This document shows positions 9,686 through 21,305 of a stretch of 64,000 nt of DNA, one piece after another. The stretch is from positions 32,001-96,000 of the forward strand of contig JAZDCZ010000365.1 of the NCBI GenBank assembly GCA_036679605.1, given 5' to 3'. Made by a program: the position numbers and the translations under genes. Below the pieces are notes generated by a model. That model searched no databases and was not told the origin of the DNA. It saw nothing but the letters and a program-made list of their open reading frames with translations. Position 1 is the stretch's first letter. Each line of letters opens with the position of its first letter. Origin of the DNA: Gemmatimonadota bacterium (GTDB taxonomy: Bacteria; Gemmatimonadota; Gemmatimonadetes; Gemmatimonadales; GWC2-71-9).

Positions 9686-10638
9686 GTGCGGACTATCTCG
9701 CCCCGAAGGTGATGGTGCAGGTGGGTCGCTCCTCTATACGAAAGGTTCTTGGCGGCGAGCTGATTGGCGCGCACAATCGCTTCCTCTACCCCCACGCCTC
9801 CGGCCAGGGAGGCCACCAAAGTTGCGCCAAACACATCGCCGCAGCCAGTCGGGTCGAGATCTTCAGATGTTGCTGCTGCTGGAATCCGTGCCGTGTGAAC
9901 GGGACCAGCGTCTTGCTCGTATTGTGCGGAGGATGCAAAGAAGTTGAACGGCTGGTGCGTAAAGTAGACTGCACCGTCGGATCCTAGAGTCACTATCAGC
10001 AATCGCACTCCATTGCCAAGTGCCTGGGCGGCGACCTCCATCGGATCGCTACCTGCCAGCTTCATCTCCTCCTCGTTCAACTGTACGACGTCAAAGCAGG
10101 AAAACCATCCTACTAGGTCGATTAACGTTTGAGGCTCTCTCAATCCATTACGCTTGACTCCTAGGAATAAGCTGTGCAGGTCTGCGTAGATCGGCCCCGT
10201 GAAGCCGTGTCTCAGAAGGTGCGCCGTTTCGCGCGGCATTTCGAATCCTGAGATGAAGTTTACGTAGAGGGCATCTAGGTCGTGCACCATAGGGCCAAGC
10301 TCCGGCCACGTCCACGGTGGAACACCACCGCTGAGCTGTTCGGCCCGGCGGTCGTTCTCTCGGTAACGAATGGTTACGCGGTTATTGGGGGCAGCAACCT
10401 CGAGAAACCGCGCAACTCCAGCACGGTGTGTCAGTGAGTTTAGAAACTCGTTCGCTCGGGCCGCCAGGTCCGTTCCCACTTTGATTAGTGGGACGATTTC
10501 CCAGTCGTTGGGCAGAGAAGCTTCGAGCGCGCCCAGTGCATAGCTGATGCCCCCCCATTCCTCGACGGGTTCCGACTCTGCGCCTCGTCCATGGATGGTG
10601 TCCCACACCATCGTTCCCACTACACCGAGTCGTTTCAT
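9682..10638 (-). CDS. PfkB-family carbohydrate kinase
   Basis: Start MKRLGVVGTMVWD, WGGISY, VQLNEEE, VTLGSDGA, DPTGCGDVFGA; ATGA overlap with the ROK gene. Confidence 0.9.
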   Translation of the reverse strand: MKRLGVVGTMVWDTIHGRGAESEPVEEWGGISYALGALEASLPNDWEIVPLIKVGTDLAARANEFLNSLTHRAGVARFLEVAAPNNRVTIRYRENDRRAEQLSGGVPPWTWPELGPMVHDLDALYVNFISGFEMPRETAHLLRHGFTGPIYADLHSLFLGVKRNGLREPQTLIDLVGWFSCFDVVQLNEEEMKLAGSDPMEVAAQALGNGVRLLIVTLGSDGAVYFTHQPFNFFASSAQYEQDAGPVHTARIPAAATSEDLDPTGCGDVFGATLVASLAGGVGVEEAIVRANQLAAKNLSYRGATHLHHHLRGEIVRT

Positions 10639-11618
10639 GGGTGACCTGTAGTCTGCATCTTGAACGACGCAACGGCACCATATACACCGGCCGTTCCAGG
10701 GAGCGCGCCGGCCACTATGGTGCACGCCACGACCGCTGGTTGAAATGCTCGCCGCCTTACTTGGTCCTTGAGAGGTTGGAATAAGTGGTCTCCAGCCATA
10801 GTGACGCCACCGCATACGACCACGAAGTCAGGGTTAAAGGTGTTTACGAGGTTGGCAATGGCGCCGCCAAGAAACTGCGCGGTCTCTCGTATCACCTGCA
10901 GGCAGAACTCGTCCCCGTTGCGCGCCGCCTCCGATATCGACTGCGCAGTGACTTTGGAGGGATCGCCATCTACGTAATCGAGTAATCGTGATGATGACCC
11001 CGATTCAATTCCCTCGATAGCGCGTTTGGCGATTGCCGGGCCCGAAGCATAGGCCTCGAGGCAGCCATAATTACCGCAGTTACAGAGCCGGCCTGCCTGC
11101 TCAATGCTGGTATGGCCAATTTCACCGGCGACATCGCTGGCCCCGTGGAAAATTTTCCCGTCTAGGACGATCCCGCCGCCGACCCCGGTGCCGATGGTAA
11201 GCCCAACGACGACTCGGCCACCTTGGGCGGCTCCCTTCCACCACTCCCCAAGGACTGCGCAGTTGGCATCGTTATCAAGAGTGGCGCGAAGGCCGGTTGC
11301 TTTGCTAACCCGATCGCGCAGCGGCATGTCGGTCCAGCCCAAGTTAGGAGTGGCGAGAATCGTTCCGGTGTGTGTGTCGAGAGGGCCGGGTGATCCTATA
11401 CCAAGGCCCACCACATCGATGCTGCCCTCGCCCAACTCTTTGCCGGCCCGATCGATTGACTGACCTACCATGGAGGCGATCTGGTCGACAACGCCGTCGG
11501 GGCCAAGCCCCGTTTTCGTCGGCTCCATCACTAGACCGTGGAGGTCGTCCCCGCTCTCCGGCATGGTGCCGACAACGACATTCGTACCTCCCACATCGAC
11601 TCCGACGATCATGCTCAT
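10635..11618 (-). CDS. ROK-family sugar kinase (glucokinase-like)
   Basis: GVDVGGT, LDNDANCA.LGE, TIGTGVGGG, AGEIGH, CNCGNYGCLEAYASG. Confidence 0.92.
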   Translation of the reverse strand: MSMIVGVDVGGTNVVVGTMPESGDDLHGLVMEPTKTGLGPDGVVDQIASMVGQSIDRAGKELGEGSIDVVGLGIGSPGPLDTHTGTILATPNLGWTDMPLRDRVSKATGLRATLDNDANCAVLGEWWKGAAQGGRVVVGLTIGTGVGGGIVLDGKIFHGASDVAGEIGHTSIEQAGRLCNCGNYGCLEAYASGPAIAKRAIEGIESGSSSRLLDYVDGDPSKVTAQSISEAARNGDEFCLQVIRETAQFLGGAIANLVNTFNPDFVVVCGGVTMAGDHLFQPLKDQVRRRAFQPAVVACTIVAGALPGTAGVYGAVASFKMQTTGHP

Positions 11619-11646
11619 GGCTGAGAGGAATCTGTTGGAGGCATGG

Positions 11647-13443
11647 TCAATCTACCTGCAGCACGGCTAGAAACGCTTCTTGTGGTATTTGCACGGTGCC
11701 AACCTGCTTCATGCGTTTCTTTCCTTCCTTTTGCTTCTCCAGAAGCTTCCGTTTCCTGGTTACGTCACCTCCGTAGCACTTGGCGGTTACGTTCTTCCTG
11801 AGCGGACGGACATTGGTGCGTGCAATGACCTTAGATCCGATCGCAGCCTGAATCACCACTTCAAATAGCTGCCGAGGTATCAGTTCCTTCAGCTTCGTCG
11901 CGATTTTTCTTCCCCACTCGAACGCTTTGTCACGGTGTATGATGACGCTGAATGCGTCCACCGGATCTCCGTTAATGAGCATGTCCAGCTTTACGAGGTC
12001 GCCCCTGCGATAGTCCGTAAACTCATAGTCCATGGCAGCATAGCCGCGGGATACGGTTTTCAGCCGGTCGTAGAAGTCGAGGATGATCTCGGCGAGTGGG
12101 AATCCCCACTCCAGTTGGACCCGCGTAGTGTCTAGGTAGTGCATCCCCACATATTCACCGCGTCGCTCTTGTCCCAAACTCATTATGGCCCCGATGTAAT
12201 CCGACGGGGTCGTAATGTGCGCCGTTATGTAAGGCTCTTTCACATGATCTACAACGGAACCGGTCGGCATCATGGAGGGGTTCTCGATGACTTTCCGGGA
12301 GCCGTCAGTTAGATGAATGTGGTACTCAACATTCGGTACCGTGGTAATCAGATCCAGGTTGAACTCGCGCTCCAAACGTTCACGGATAATATCCATGTGC
12401 AAGAGCCCCAGAAACCCGCATCGAAAGCCGAACCCTAGAGCTGACGAGGATTCCGGTTCGTAGTGTAGCGACGCATCGTTTAGCTGGAGTTTCTCGAGTG
12501 CGTCGCGCAGTTCCTCGTACTTGTTTGAATCCGTAGGGTACAGGCCCGAAAACACCATCGCGTGGGATTCTTTGTAGCCCGGTAGCATGTCGCTAGCGGG
12601 ACGTTCTGCATCGAGGACCGTATCGCCGACCCGCGTATCGCGAACTCCTCGGACGTTGGCGATGAAATATCCTACCTCGCCCGCCTCGAGTGCCTTCCCG
12701 CGCCGCTGGCCGAGTTGCAGATACCCAACCTCGGCTACTTCGTACGAGTCGTCTGGGTGTGACGCGAACGCGATCGTCGTACCCGGTTCCATTCTGCCGT
12801 CCACGACTCGAATACTGGGAACGGCACCGCGGTAGCGATCGTAGTAGGTGTCGAATATCAGAGCGCGTAGCGGCGCATCGAGGTCACCTCCAGGGGGAGG
12901 AATCCGCTCTATGATCGCATCCAGGAGGGTTGGGATCCCATCTCCCTCCTTTGCCGAGATGTGAAGAATTTCCGACTCATCGGCACCCAGCAAGTCCTGT
13001 AATTCGCGCGCGCGGCGCTCCGGCTCAGCAGCGGGAAGGTCGATCTTGTTGAGTACCGGAATGATCTCGAGCCCTGCCTCGAGGGCTAGCAGCAAGTTAC
13101 TGACAGTCTGAGCTTCGATTCCCTGACTTGCATCAACGACCAGCACCGCGCCTTCACATGCATTGAGGGAACGAGAAACTTCATAAGTGAAATCTACGTG
13201 GCCGGGAGTGTCGATGAGGTTGAGTTCGTATTCCTCACCGTTCTGAAGGTACTCCATGCGGACGGCGTTCAGTTTGATCGTGATACCACGTTCACGCTCC
13301 AAGTCCATGGTGTCGAGGACCTGAGCCCGCATACGTCTCTTGTCCACCGTACCGGTGAGTTCGAGCAGCCGGTCGGCCAGCGTGGACTTGCCGTGATCGA
13401 TATGCGCAATGATGCAAAAATTCCGGACCCGTGCTTGGAGCAT
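11647..13443 (-). CDS. lepA: Elongation factor 4
   Basis: [57 protein letters not shown]; start ATG 13443. Confidence 0.99.
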   Translation of the reverse strand: MLQARVRNFCIIAHIDHGKSTLADRLLELTGTVDKRRMRAQVLDTMDLERERGITIKLNAVRMEYLQNGEEYELNLIDTPGHVDFTYEVSRSLNACEGAVLVVDASQGIEAQTVSNLLLALEAGLEIIPVLNKIDLPAAEPERRARELQDLLGADESEILHISAKEGDGIPTLLDAIIERIPPPGGDLDAPLRALIFDTYYDRYRGAVPSIRVVDGRMEPGTTIAFASHPDDSYEVAEVGYLQLGQRRGKALEAGEVGYFIANVRGVRDTRVGDTVLDAERPASDMLPGYKESHAMVFSGLYPTDSNKYEELRDALEKLQLNDASLHYEPESSSALGFGFRCGFLGLLHMDIIRERLEREFNLDLITTVPNVEYHIHLTDGSRKVIENPSMMPTGSVVDHVKEPYITAHITTPSDYIGAIMSLGQERRGEYVGMHYLDTTRVQLEWGFPLAEIILDFYDRLKTVSRGYAAMDYEFTDYRRGDLVKLDMLINGDPVDAFSVIIHRDKAFEWGRKIATKLKELIPRQLFEVVIQAAIGSKVIARTNVRPLRKNVTAKCYGGDVTRKRKLLEKQKEGKKRMKQVGTVQIPQEAFLAVLQVD

Positions 13444-13474
13444 CCGGAGAATATAACGAGGAGAGGCAGTTCGA

Positions 13475-14968
13475 TTACCGGCCTGCACCCTCCACGATTT
13501 GCTTGTAGCTCTCCGGATTCCATTCGGGTTTCTTGGCGGCATTCGCTATGTCCAGGCCCAGATAGAACAGGAGCTTCACGATGCGCGACTCCTTTTCTGC
13601 ATCGATCTTCCCAACCTCGTCGCTCGGTCTGTGATAGTCCTCGTGAGTCCCGTTGAAGAAGAACAGGATTGGCACGCCCTTGCGGGCAAAATTATAGTGA
13701 TCGGAACGAAAGTAGAACCGCTCTTGTGGCCATATATCGTCGATGGCCGTCATACCGAGTTCCGGGTGCTCGCCGTTAACTCGGTTCAGCGTTGCGCCCA
13801 GATTGGAATGCTCTTTTCCAATCACCACGATAGTGTCGGGCCAGTTGCGGCCTACCATGTCGGCGTTGAGGTCTGCAACGATCTGGGACACCGGCACGGT
13901 GGGGTGTCCGGCGAAATACTCGCTGCCCCAGAGACCTTTTTCCTCACCGCTCACAGTGAGGAAAATCAACGATCTCTTTGGATGAGGCTTGAGTTTGGAG
14001 AAGGCTTCTGCCGCCTCTACGATCGCGATGGTCCCGGACGCGTCGTCATCCGCACCGTTGTAAATGCTATCTCCGTCTGCTGGCCGGCCCACGCCCACAT
14101 GATCCATATGGGCGCTAAAAACAACGTACTCGTCCTTGAGTTTGGGATCGCTGCCCTCCAGGATTCCGACAACGTTTGGCGCAGAGAGTTCCTCGATCTC
14201 TTGGTTCGAGGTGACGGTGAAGTCGATGTTCTGGAGCTTGTCGGATCTAAGCTCACCGCCCTGGGGCAGGTCGTGTCCCGCAGCCGACAGAACGGCCGCT
14301 ACCGTGCTGGACTGGACCGCCAAGACGGGAATGCCCTCAGGCCTCCCCTCCCATCCCTTTGACAGCCGTGAAGTGCCCTGCCTGCGGAGCAGAAACCCCC
14401 AGGTTCGCTCGGGAAAGTTCGTGGCAACAATGATCGCGGCAGCGCCATGGTCTCCCAGGCTTTCAATGAGTTCTTGGGCCCGGGAGCCGAGTCCTCGCCG
14501 GCCGTCCAGCTCGGTCGAGAGTATGACGACGGCGCCGTTCAGGAACACATCGGGCGGCCACTCTCCGCTGCCTGACACGATGAATGTCGAGCCAGATACG
14601 GCGTCAGCTCCGCCTCCGGCCAGTTGCAACACCTCTTGGCCTCCACGCCATGTGATCCCGGTCGATGTCTGGACTACCAGCTGTTGGGCTATTCGAAACA
14701 GGGGATACTGCTGGATAAATCTGCCGTCGCCACCGGCGGGCTCGAGACCGAACTCCCGAAACTGATTGGCGATGTACTTAGCTGTCAGCTCCAGTTCCGG
14801 ACTCGGCGTATTGCGGCCCCTCATGGAATCGTCCGCGATCACTCCGATCCTGTGCAGAATGTCGCTGGACTTGATTGACTGTATCGCCTGTTCCACGGTC
14901 GTCGAACTTTGCGCCGCAGATGCAGTCGGTAGCAACAGCACAAAGAGAATTGACCACAATCGCCTCAT
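13475..14968 (-). CDS. Secreted M28 metallopeptidase
   Basis: Signal peptide; [47 protein letters not shown]. Confidence 0.92.
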   Translation of the reverse strand: MRRLWSILFVLLLPTASAAQSSTTVEQAIQSIKSSDILHRIGVIADDSMRGRNTPSPELELTAKYIANQFREFGLEPAGGDGRFIQQYPLFRIAQQLVVQTSTGITWRGGQEVLQLAGGGADAVSGSTFIVSGSGEWPPDVFLNGAVVILSTELDGRRGLGSRAQELIESLGDHGAAAIIVATNFPERTWGFLLRRQGTSRLSKGWEGRPEGIPVLAVQSSTVAAVLSAAGHDLPQGGELRSDKLQNIDFTVTSNQEIEELSAPNVVGILEGSDPKLKDEYVVFSAHMDHVGVGRPADGDSIYNGADDDASGTIAIVEAAEAFSKLKPHPKRSLIFLTVSGEEKGLWGSEYFAGHPTVPVSQIVADLNADMVGRNWPDTIVVIGKEHSNLGATLNRVNGEHPELGMTAIDDIWPQERFYFRSDHYNFARKGVPILFFFNGTHEDYHRPSDEVGKIDAEKESRIVKLLFYLGLDIANAAKKPEWNPESYKQIVEGAGR

Positions 14969-15280
14969 CGGTCTCTCCCGGAGTTATGAGGATCTAAAAA
15001 AATCAGTTGCGAAACCGCATTGAGGGTGGCGACTCGCACCGGAAATCTCAACCGGATGGGGTTCTGACAACGGTGGTACCGCGCACCTGCCGGAGGGCTC
15101 TCAATCTGCACCACCCCCGAGCGTCTACTTGGTTCATTGCCATATGTCGTTTGACCACAGTGGGTTACAGAGTTTGGTGGTGTTGCTCTTGCCCGCAATG
15201 TCCTATGGGGATGACACGTCCGGTGTGTTACACTTCTCCCTCTTGCGAGTATAGAGAATGACACAGGTAGAGGTTTCCAG

Positions 15281-16189
15281 ATGGTAGAGGCGGCCCGAAG
15301 GCCAGATCTGCTGGACCCCCACGTCGTTGCTCAATTGGGGGGCATTGAACTCGTCGCGCGCGGCGTGGTCGAGGGCTTCCTGTCCGGCCTCCATCGGTCT
15401 CCGTTCAGAGGATTTTCTGTTGAATTCGCCGAGCACCGGCCCTACCAGCCGGGTGACGAGCTACGCTATCTGGATTGGAAGATGCTGGCTCGCTCGGATC
15501 GTCTCTTTGTGAAGCAATACGAAGAGGAAACGAACCTTCGCTCTATGATCGTGATGGATGTTAGCGCTTCGATGGATTGGACGGGGAGTGAACAGCGGTT
15601 GAGCAAGCTCGAGTATGCCAAGCGACTGGTGGCCGCACTTGCGCTTATCCTGCTGCGGCAACGAGATGCGACCGGGCTAATTGGATTTGACGAAACCATC
15701 CGACAAGTCGTTCGCGCACGCGCGCGTTCCCAGCACTGGTGGTCTTTGCTAAAGGCTGTGGAGAACCTGACGCCGGGATTGGGCACCGCCGCGGTACCCG
15801 CTCTCGAGAAAGTCACTCACCTGCTGCGCCGCCGCGGCCTTGTGGTTTTCGTCTCTGATCTGTTGTTCGACCGTGAGCTGGCCTTGCGGACCCTGCAATA
15901 TTTGAGACATCGCGGGCACCAAGTCATAGTCTTTCATCTGATGGATCCGGCAGAGCTGATTCTGGAGGGTCCACCTGAAGCTCGGTTTGAAGACCCGGAG
16001 ACGGGGACGAGTGTCGTCGCTCGACCGCGGGAGCTGCGTGCAGTTTATGAGCGGACCGTTCGGCGAGCGGTAGCCGGCTGGAGACGGGCCTGTCGTGGCG
16101 GTGGAATCCACTATCACCACGTTCTGACGGACACTCCCTTCGGATACGTGCTGCGTCGTGCGACGGCGCGCCGTTCGCGCCTCGGCTGA
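15281..16189 (+). CDS. DUF58 (VWA-like, MoxR-associated) protein
   Basis: GLHRSPFRGFSVEFAEHRPYQPGDELRYLDWK, VKQYEEETN, DVSASM, SDLL. Confidence 0.93.
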   Translation: MVEAARRPDLLDPHVVAQLGGIELVARGVVEGFLSGLHRSPFRGFSVEFAEHRPYQPGDELRYLDWKMLARSDRLFVKQYEEETNLRSMIVMDVSASMDWTGSEQRLSKLEYAKRLVAALALILLRQRDATGLIGFDETIRQVVRARARSQHWWSLLKAVENLTPGLGTAAVPALEKVTHLLRRRGLVVFVSDLLFDRELALRTLQYLRHRGHQVIVFHLMDPAELILEGPPEARFEDPETGTSVVARPRELRAVYERTVRRAVAGWRRACRGGGIHYHHVLTDTPFGYVLRRATARRSRLG

Positions 16190-17988
16190 TGGGATTTCTT
16201 CAGCCGCTGGCACTGTTCGCGCTGGCAGCTGCGGCCATTCCGACCCTGTTGCACCTTCTAGCGCGTCGGTTGCCACCGGTTGTTGTTTTTCCAGCCATCC
16301 GCTATTTGACGGCGACGGAGCGCGAACATAGCCGCCGGCTAAAGCTCCGTAATTTACTGCTCCTCATTCTACGCACTCTGATAATTCTCTTGCTCGTACT
16401 TGCTGCCGCGCGACCGGTAGCGCGGGTGGCTTCAGGTGATGCACACCCTCCAACGGCTCTCGCCATGGTAGTCGACAACTCGCTGTCGAGTGGGGCTGTC
16501 AACGGTGGCCGGATGACGCTCGATGCGGCGGTGGACGCGGCAAGGCGTGTGCTTGGGCGGGTCAATACGGGCGATCATCTCTGGCTCGTATTGGCGGACG
16601 GTGTACCGAGGCGGATGACCAAGATCGAGGCTGGGCAGGTGTTGGACAGTTTAGCTCCGTCCTCTGCACACCTCGATCTCGGTTCGGCCGTTCGGGTGGC
16701 TGCCAGTGTCATTCTCGACGATCGCCTGACGGAGCACGAACTCGTGGTATTCAGTGACTTACAAGCGAGTGCCGTGTCCGATGGCGATGTGTCGCCGGTT
16801 CCTGTCTTGTTCTGGGATGCGCCTGAGCCACCAGAGAATCGCTGGATGGACTCGGTGCGTTCGGATCCCCCCTTGTGGTCACCGGCTGGAGCGGTAATGG
16901 CCACGGTCGCAGGATCCGCACGCCAGCCTGCCGCGGTACGTCTTTCGGTGCGCGGTAATGATGTGGCTCGGGCCGTGGCTTCGCCGGGTGAGGCGGTCGT
17001 ATTGTCGGGCCGAATTAGAGGTGCGGGATGGATGGTCGCGACCATCGAGCTGGACCCCGACGAATTGCGAGCCGATGACAGGCGATTCGTGGCGCTCCAC
17101 ATAGCGACGGCGGTTGCCGCCAACGTACGCGGTGGTGCGGGACAATTCGTTGAGGAGGCCCTTCAGGTTCTATCGGAGGGTGGGCGAGTGACGCCAGGGG
17201 ACGCCGTGCGGCTCGACGACCGACCGGGGCCAGGAGCCACCGTCGTCTTTCCGCCGAGCGATCCAGCTCTACTGGGAAATCTCAACCGCAATCTCGCCAC
17301 CCGAGGTGTCGGGTGGAGGTTTGGTGAAATGATCGAGGGCGAGTGGCAGCTTTCGGCAGGCGTCGAGGACGCCAGCGGTGTTCCAGTGTATCGTCGATAC
17401 CGCTTAATCGGAACGGGCCCGGTAGTGGCAAGCGTGTCCGGTGGCGACCCGTGGCTGGTGCGGGACGGCAACCTGGTTCTGGTGGGCAGCCGGATGGAAC
17501 CGGACTGGACCGATCTGCCGGTCAGGGCCGGGTTCGTTCCGTTTGTCGACTTTCTGGTGAATCGGATCGCGGCCCGCCAGAGTTGGATCGTGCGGGCCGC
17601 ACCCGGCGACGTTGCGGTTTTCCCTCCCACTGCCACTGCACTACTGGGACCGGAAGGCCGGATACCGATCTCCAGCGATGGAAGATTGAAGGTGTCCAGA
17701 AAGCCTGGTGTCTATTTCCTTTTGGGCTCGGCGGATGACACGGTGGGCGCTCTGGAGGTCAACTACGACAGCAGAGAGTCGCAGCTCGAGAGAGCCGACC
17801 GGCGTTTGCTGCAGGCCCGCCTCGGTACTGACACAAGAGTTCTCAGCGCGAGTCGTTTGAGCCGGGAGGTTTTTCGCGGTGCAAAGCGCGCGGATCTCAC
17901 GGGTCTCATGCTATTGGCCAGCCTTTTGGCAGCTGTTGCGGAATTCTCAGTGGCTAGCTGGGGTGGACGGACCAGAGGTGTCGCCTGA
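16189..17988 (+). CDS. BatA N-terminal domain + VWA membrane protein
   Basis: MGFLQPLALFAL..IPTLLHLL..FPAIRYL..LLLILR..ARP (BatA); VVDNSLS MIDAS; SDLQ; C-terminal TM. Confidence 0.85.
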   Translation: MGFLQPLALFALAAAAIPTLLHLLARRLPPVVVFPAIRYLTATEREHSRRLKLRNLLLLILRTLIILLLVLAAARPVARVASGDAHPPTALAMVVDNSLSSGAVNGGRMTLDAAVDAARRVLGRVNTGDHLWLVLADGVPRRMTKIEAGQVLDSLAPSSAHLDLGSAVRVAASVILDDRLTEHELVVFSDLQASAVSDGDVSPVPVLFWDAPEPPENRWMDSVRSDPPLWSPAGAVMATVAGSARQPAAVRLSVRGNDVARAVASPGEAVVLSGRIRGAGWMVATIELDPDELRADDRRFVALHIATAVAANVRGGAGQFVEEALQVLSEGGRVTPGDAVRLDDRPGPGATVVFPPSDPALLGNLNRNLATRGVGWRFGEMIEGEWQLSAGVEDASGVPVYRRYRLIGTGPVVASVSGGDPWLVRDGNLVLVGSRMEPDWTDLPVRAGFVPFVDFLVNRIAARQSWIVRAAPGDVAVFPPTATALLGPEGRIPISSDGRLKVSRKPGVYFLLGSADDTVGALEVNYDSRESQLERADRRLLQARLGTDTRVLSASRLSREVFRGAKRADLTGLMLLASLLAAVAEFSVASWGGRTRGVA

Positions 17989-20900
17989 TGCTGCCACAGC
18001 TCGTTAAACGATTCCGCGACCTAGTGCAACTGAGGCAGCTGCAGACGGATCTCCCAGTTGCCGGCGCGTCGATTCGAATTACCGGCCTGCCGGGATCCAG
18101 TTCAGCCGTACTGCTTGCTGCGTTGAGCGAAGAACTTCGGCAGAGAGTTCTCCTGTTGGTGGCCGCAACACCGACCGATGCCGAGCGATGGTACACCGAC
18201 CTGAATATGTTGCTGGCCGACGTCGTGCGTCACTATCCTCAGCGAGAGATCGTGAGCGAAGAGGAATCGCACGTCGAGATTGCCGGAGAACGGGCTGAGA
18301 CTATCGAGGCCGTTCTTTCGGGTCGCGTGAGAGTGCTGGTTACGACGCTCCATGCGACACTGGAGCTGAGCCGAATGCCTTCGCTGATAGCGGGCCGACG
18401 GCTTACAATCGACAGGGTTCGGTCGATTCCACTTGGCGAGGTCGTCACGCGTCTGACAGAGATGGGGTATGAGCGATGTCCGGCGGTTAGAGATGTTGCT
18501 CAATTCGCCGTCAGAGGTGGCATTGTAGACGTCTATGGATTCGGGATGGCTGCTCCGGCGCGGTTGGAGTGGTGGGATGACGCAGTGACGTCGATCCGCA
18601 GTTTCAATCTCGATTCTCAGCTGTCCGAAGTAGAAACTGAAACGGTAACCCTGCTTCCGGTGGCTGCCCCGTCGGCCGACGCCGTCATCAAAGGCATGGT
18701 GCGCCAATCACTTCTCGATCTTTTGCCGCCGGACACGCTCTTGATAGTAACTCCTGAGACGGACGTATCGGCGATCGGGCGATTTTGGGAAGAGGACGGA
18801 CACCACATACGAGTTGCTCACCGGCGGGGTGAAGATGTGCCTAACCGAGATGAGATCTATCGTGAACCAGGAGATTGGTTGACGAGATGGAACTCGTTTG
18901 CTCGGATCGAACTCGATCCGAGCGAGGGGAAATGTGATTTCGGTCTGTCGACTCCGGTGGAAATTGGTAGGGATATCAAGAAACTCCGCAAACTCGCTCG
19001 ATCATCGCCCACTTTGATCTTGTGCGACAATGAGGGGCAGTTGGAGCGATTGGAAGAGTTGCTTTCGGAGGGCGACATTCCAGGCGAAAAGTTGCCGAGT
19101 TGGGTGACTCTTGCCCTGGGTTCGCTGCACGGCGGCTTTGTACTTCCCGATCTTATCGTGCTGACTGATCACGAGATTTTCCGACGTACGAGACGGATCC
19201 GTCGATCGCGCCGTTACCGTCAGGCGGTGGGAACAGCTGCAACGGAATCCATCTCTCCTGGAGCATACGTGGTGCACTTGGAGCACGGTATCGGGATATA
19301 CCGTGGAATGGAGACCATAGAGGTTGGTTCGGGGTCGACAATCGACGTTGCCGTCATTGAGTACGAGGGCGGCGACCGTCTCAATGTTCCCGTGTATCGG
19401 CTCGATCAGTTGGAGCCGTTTCGTCTAGCGTCAGACGAAACCCGTCCACCACCAAAGATCGACAAGTTAGGGGGAACGCGCTGGCGGAAGCAGCGTGCGA
19501 AAACCCAAGCTGCAGTCCGGCAACTGGCGGCCGAGTTACTGGAACTTTACGCGCAGAGGTCGATTGCTCCTGGTTTTGCATTTCCGCCCGACACGCAATG
19601 GCAACGGGAACTGGAGTCTTCTTTTCTTTATGAGGATACTCCCGATCAAAGGCGTGCCACGGAGGAAACGAAACGAGACATGGAGCGCCCGCAGCCAGCC
19701 GATCGTCTGGTGGTGGGTGACGTCGGTTATGGCAAGACGGAAGTTGCAGTGCGGGCAGTGTTCAAGGCAGTACAGGCCGGCAAGCAGGCGGCAATCTTGG
19801 TTCCTACCACGATATTGGCGGAGCAGCACGGACGAACTATTGGCGAAAGGCTTGCGGAGTATCCCGTGACAATCGAGGTGTTGTCGCGCTTTCGAACCGC
19901 TGCTGAGCAGAAGAAGATGATAGAAGGGGTGCGAAACGGAACCGTGGATATAGTTATCGGAACGCATCGACTGCTTTCCAAGGATGTCGAATTTCACGAC
20001 CTCGGCCTGCTGATCGTGGATGAGGAGCACAGGTTCGGCGTTCAACACAAGGAGCGGCTCAAAGCGCTGCGCTTGGCGGTTGACGTCATTACCCTAACAG
20101 CTACGCCGATCCCACGTACGCTCCACCTGGCACTGTCGGGGTTGCGCGACATGACCTTGATGGAGACGGCCCCGCGAGACAGATCTCCCGTTCTGACGTT
20201 CATCGAACTCTGGGACGACGAGTTGCTCGAGGAAGTGTTGGCTCGCGAGCTGGATCGTGGCGGTCAGGTGTACTTCGTCCACAACCGAATTGAGACTATC
20301 GAGACAATTGCTGAACGAGTAAAGCGCTTGGTCGCGCGGCGAGATAGTGTGGTGGAGACGGCGCATGGCAGAATGCGGGAGCGGGATCTCGACCGCGTTA
20401 TGCGCAGTTTCGTGGCCGGCGAGATAGACGTACTCGTATCGACGATGATTGTGGAGTCCGGGCTTGACGTCCCAAATGCCAACACAATGATCGTACACGA
20501 TGCCCATAAATTCGGGTTGGCGCAGTTATATCAACTCCGAGGGAGAGTGGGCAGGGGACATCGGCGTGCATACTGCTATCTATTGACACCTGACACCGTG
20601 GCCGCTGACGCCGAACAGAGGCTGAAGGTGTTGGAACATCATACCGAATTGGGAGCAGGTTATCAGATAGCCCTAAGGGACTTGGAACTGAGGGGAGCTG
20701 GTAATCTGCTTGGTGCCGAGCAGTCAGGTCACACTCATGCGGTGGGATTTGACATGTTCATGCGCTGGCTCAACGAGACGGTGCAGGCACTGAAAGGAGA
20801 TATTGGTGCGGAGCAACTGCCCCCGCCAGAAGTGGTTCTCGACCGAGCGGCCTATCTTCCGGACGCGTATCTACCGGACGACGATGCCAAACTAGACTTC

Positions 20901-21305
20901 TATCGACGCCTGGCGCGGGCCGGTGAGCTTAGCGAGATTGTGGACCTCAGAGCGGAACTGCGCGATCGCTTCGGGCCGCTACCCGATGAGGCCGATCGGC
21001 TCCTCATTGTTTCGGAACTGCAAGCGCTTGGTGCAAAACTGGGTCTTGCCACCGTGATAGTGAGAGGTGATGAGGCCCGTCTCAAGTTTCGCGCGGGTAC
21101 AGCCCCTAGGCTTGTGCGGCTATCGGCGGCTCTGGACGATGTACAGTTCTCGGCGGAGGTGAGGAGAACTATGCCCTTGTCGTTACGACTCACACGGTTG
21201 GGGGGTGTGGATATTGGCTCGGGCCTGGTTCGAGCTCTCACTGCAGCTGTTGCAGATGATGATGCAGCGGCGCACGCCCTAGCGTTAGGAGTGAGTCAGG
21301 AGTGA
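17988..21305 (+). CDS. mfd: Transcription-repair coupling factor
   Basis: VVHLEHGIGIY (RID), GDVGYGKTEVA, DEEHRFGV, TATPIPRTL, QLRGRVGR, DLELRGAGNLLG. Confidence 0.98.
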   Translation: MLPQLVKRFRDLVQLRQLQTDLPVAGASIRITGLPGSSSAVLLAALSEELRQRVLLLVAATPTDAERWYTDLNMLLADVVRHYPQREIVSEEESHVEIAGERAETIEAVLSGRVRVLVTTLHATLELSRMPSLIAGRRLTIDRVRSIPLGEVVTRLTEMGYERCPAVRDVAQFAVRGGIVDVYGFGMAAPARLEWWDDAVTSIRSFNLDSQLSEVETETVTLLPVAAPSADAVIKGMVRQSLLDLLPPDTLLIVTPETDVSAIGRFWEEDGHHIRVAHRRGEDVPNRDEIYREPGDWLTRWNSFARIELDPSEGKCDFGLSTPVEIGRDIKKLRKLARSSPTLILCDNEGQLERLEELLSEGDIPGEKLPSWVTLALGSLHGGFVLPDLIVLTDHEIFRRTRRIRRSRRYRQAVGTAATESISPGAYVVHLEHGIGIYRGMETIEVGSGSTIDVAVIEYEGGDRLNVPVYRLDQLEPFRLASDETRPPPKIDKLGGTRWRKQRAKTQAAVRQLAAELLELYAQRSIAPGFAFPPDTQWQRELESSFLYEDTPDQRRATEETKRDMERPQPADRLVVGDVGYGKTEVAVRAVFKAVQAGKQAAILVPTTILAEQHGRTIGERLAEYPVTIEVLSRFRTAAEQKKMIEGVRNGTVDIVIGTHRLLSKDVEFHDLGLLIVDEEHRFGVQHKERLKALRLAVDVITLTATPIPRTLHLALSGLRDMTLMETAPRDRSPVLTFIELWDDELLEEVLARELDRGGQVYFVHNRIETIETIAERVKRLVARRDSVVETAHGRMRERDLDRVMRSFVAGEIDVLVSTMIVESGLDVPNANTMIVHDAHKFGLAQLYQLRGRVGRGHRRAYCYLLTPDTVAADAEQRLKVLEHHTELGAGYQIALRDLELRGAGNLLGAEQSGHTHAVGFDMFMRWLNETVQALKGDIGAEQLPPPEVVLDRAAYLPDAYLPDDDAKLDFYRRLARAGELSEIVDLRAELRDRFGPLPDEADRLLIVSELQALGAKLGLATVIVRGDEARLKFRAGTAPRLVRLSAALDDVQFSAEVRRTMPLSLRLTRLGGVDIGSGLVRALTAAVADDDAAAHALALGVSQE

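Noticed and set aside
13499..14765. Long antisense or alternate-frame ORFs (e.g. 13499-14362, 44044-44967, 46855-47805, 50772-51551)
   Set aside because: They are shadows of well-supported genes in GC-rich DNA and carry no motifs.
14969..15280. Possible structured ncRNA or riboswitch in the divergent intergenic region (ATTGAGGGT...GCTCTCAAT pairing)
   Set aside because: No recognisable SRP, 6S or riboswitch consensus by eye; an Rfam search would be needed.
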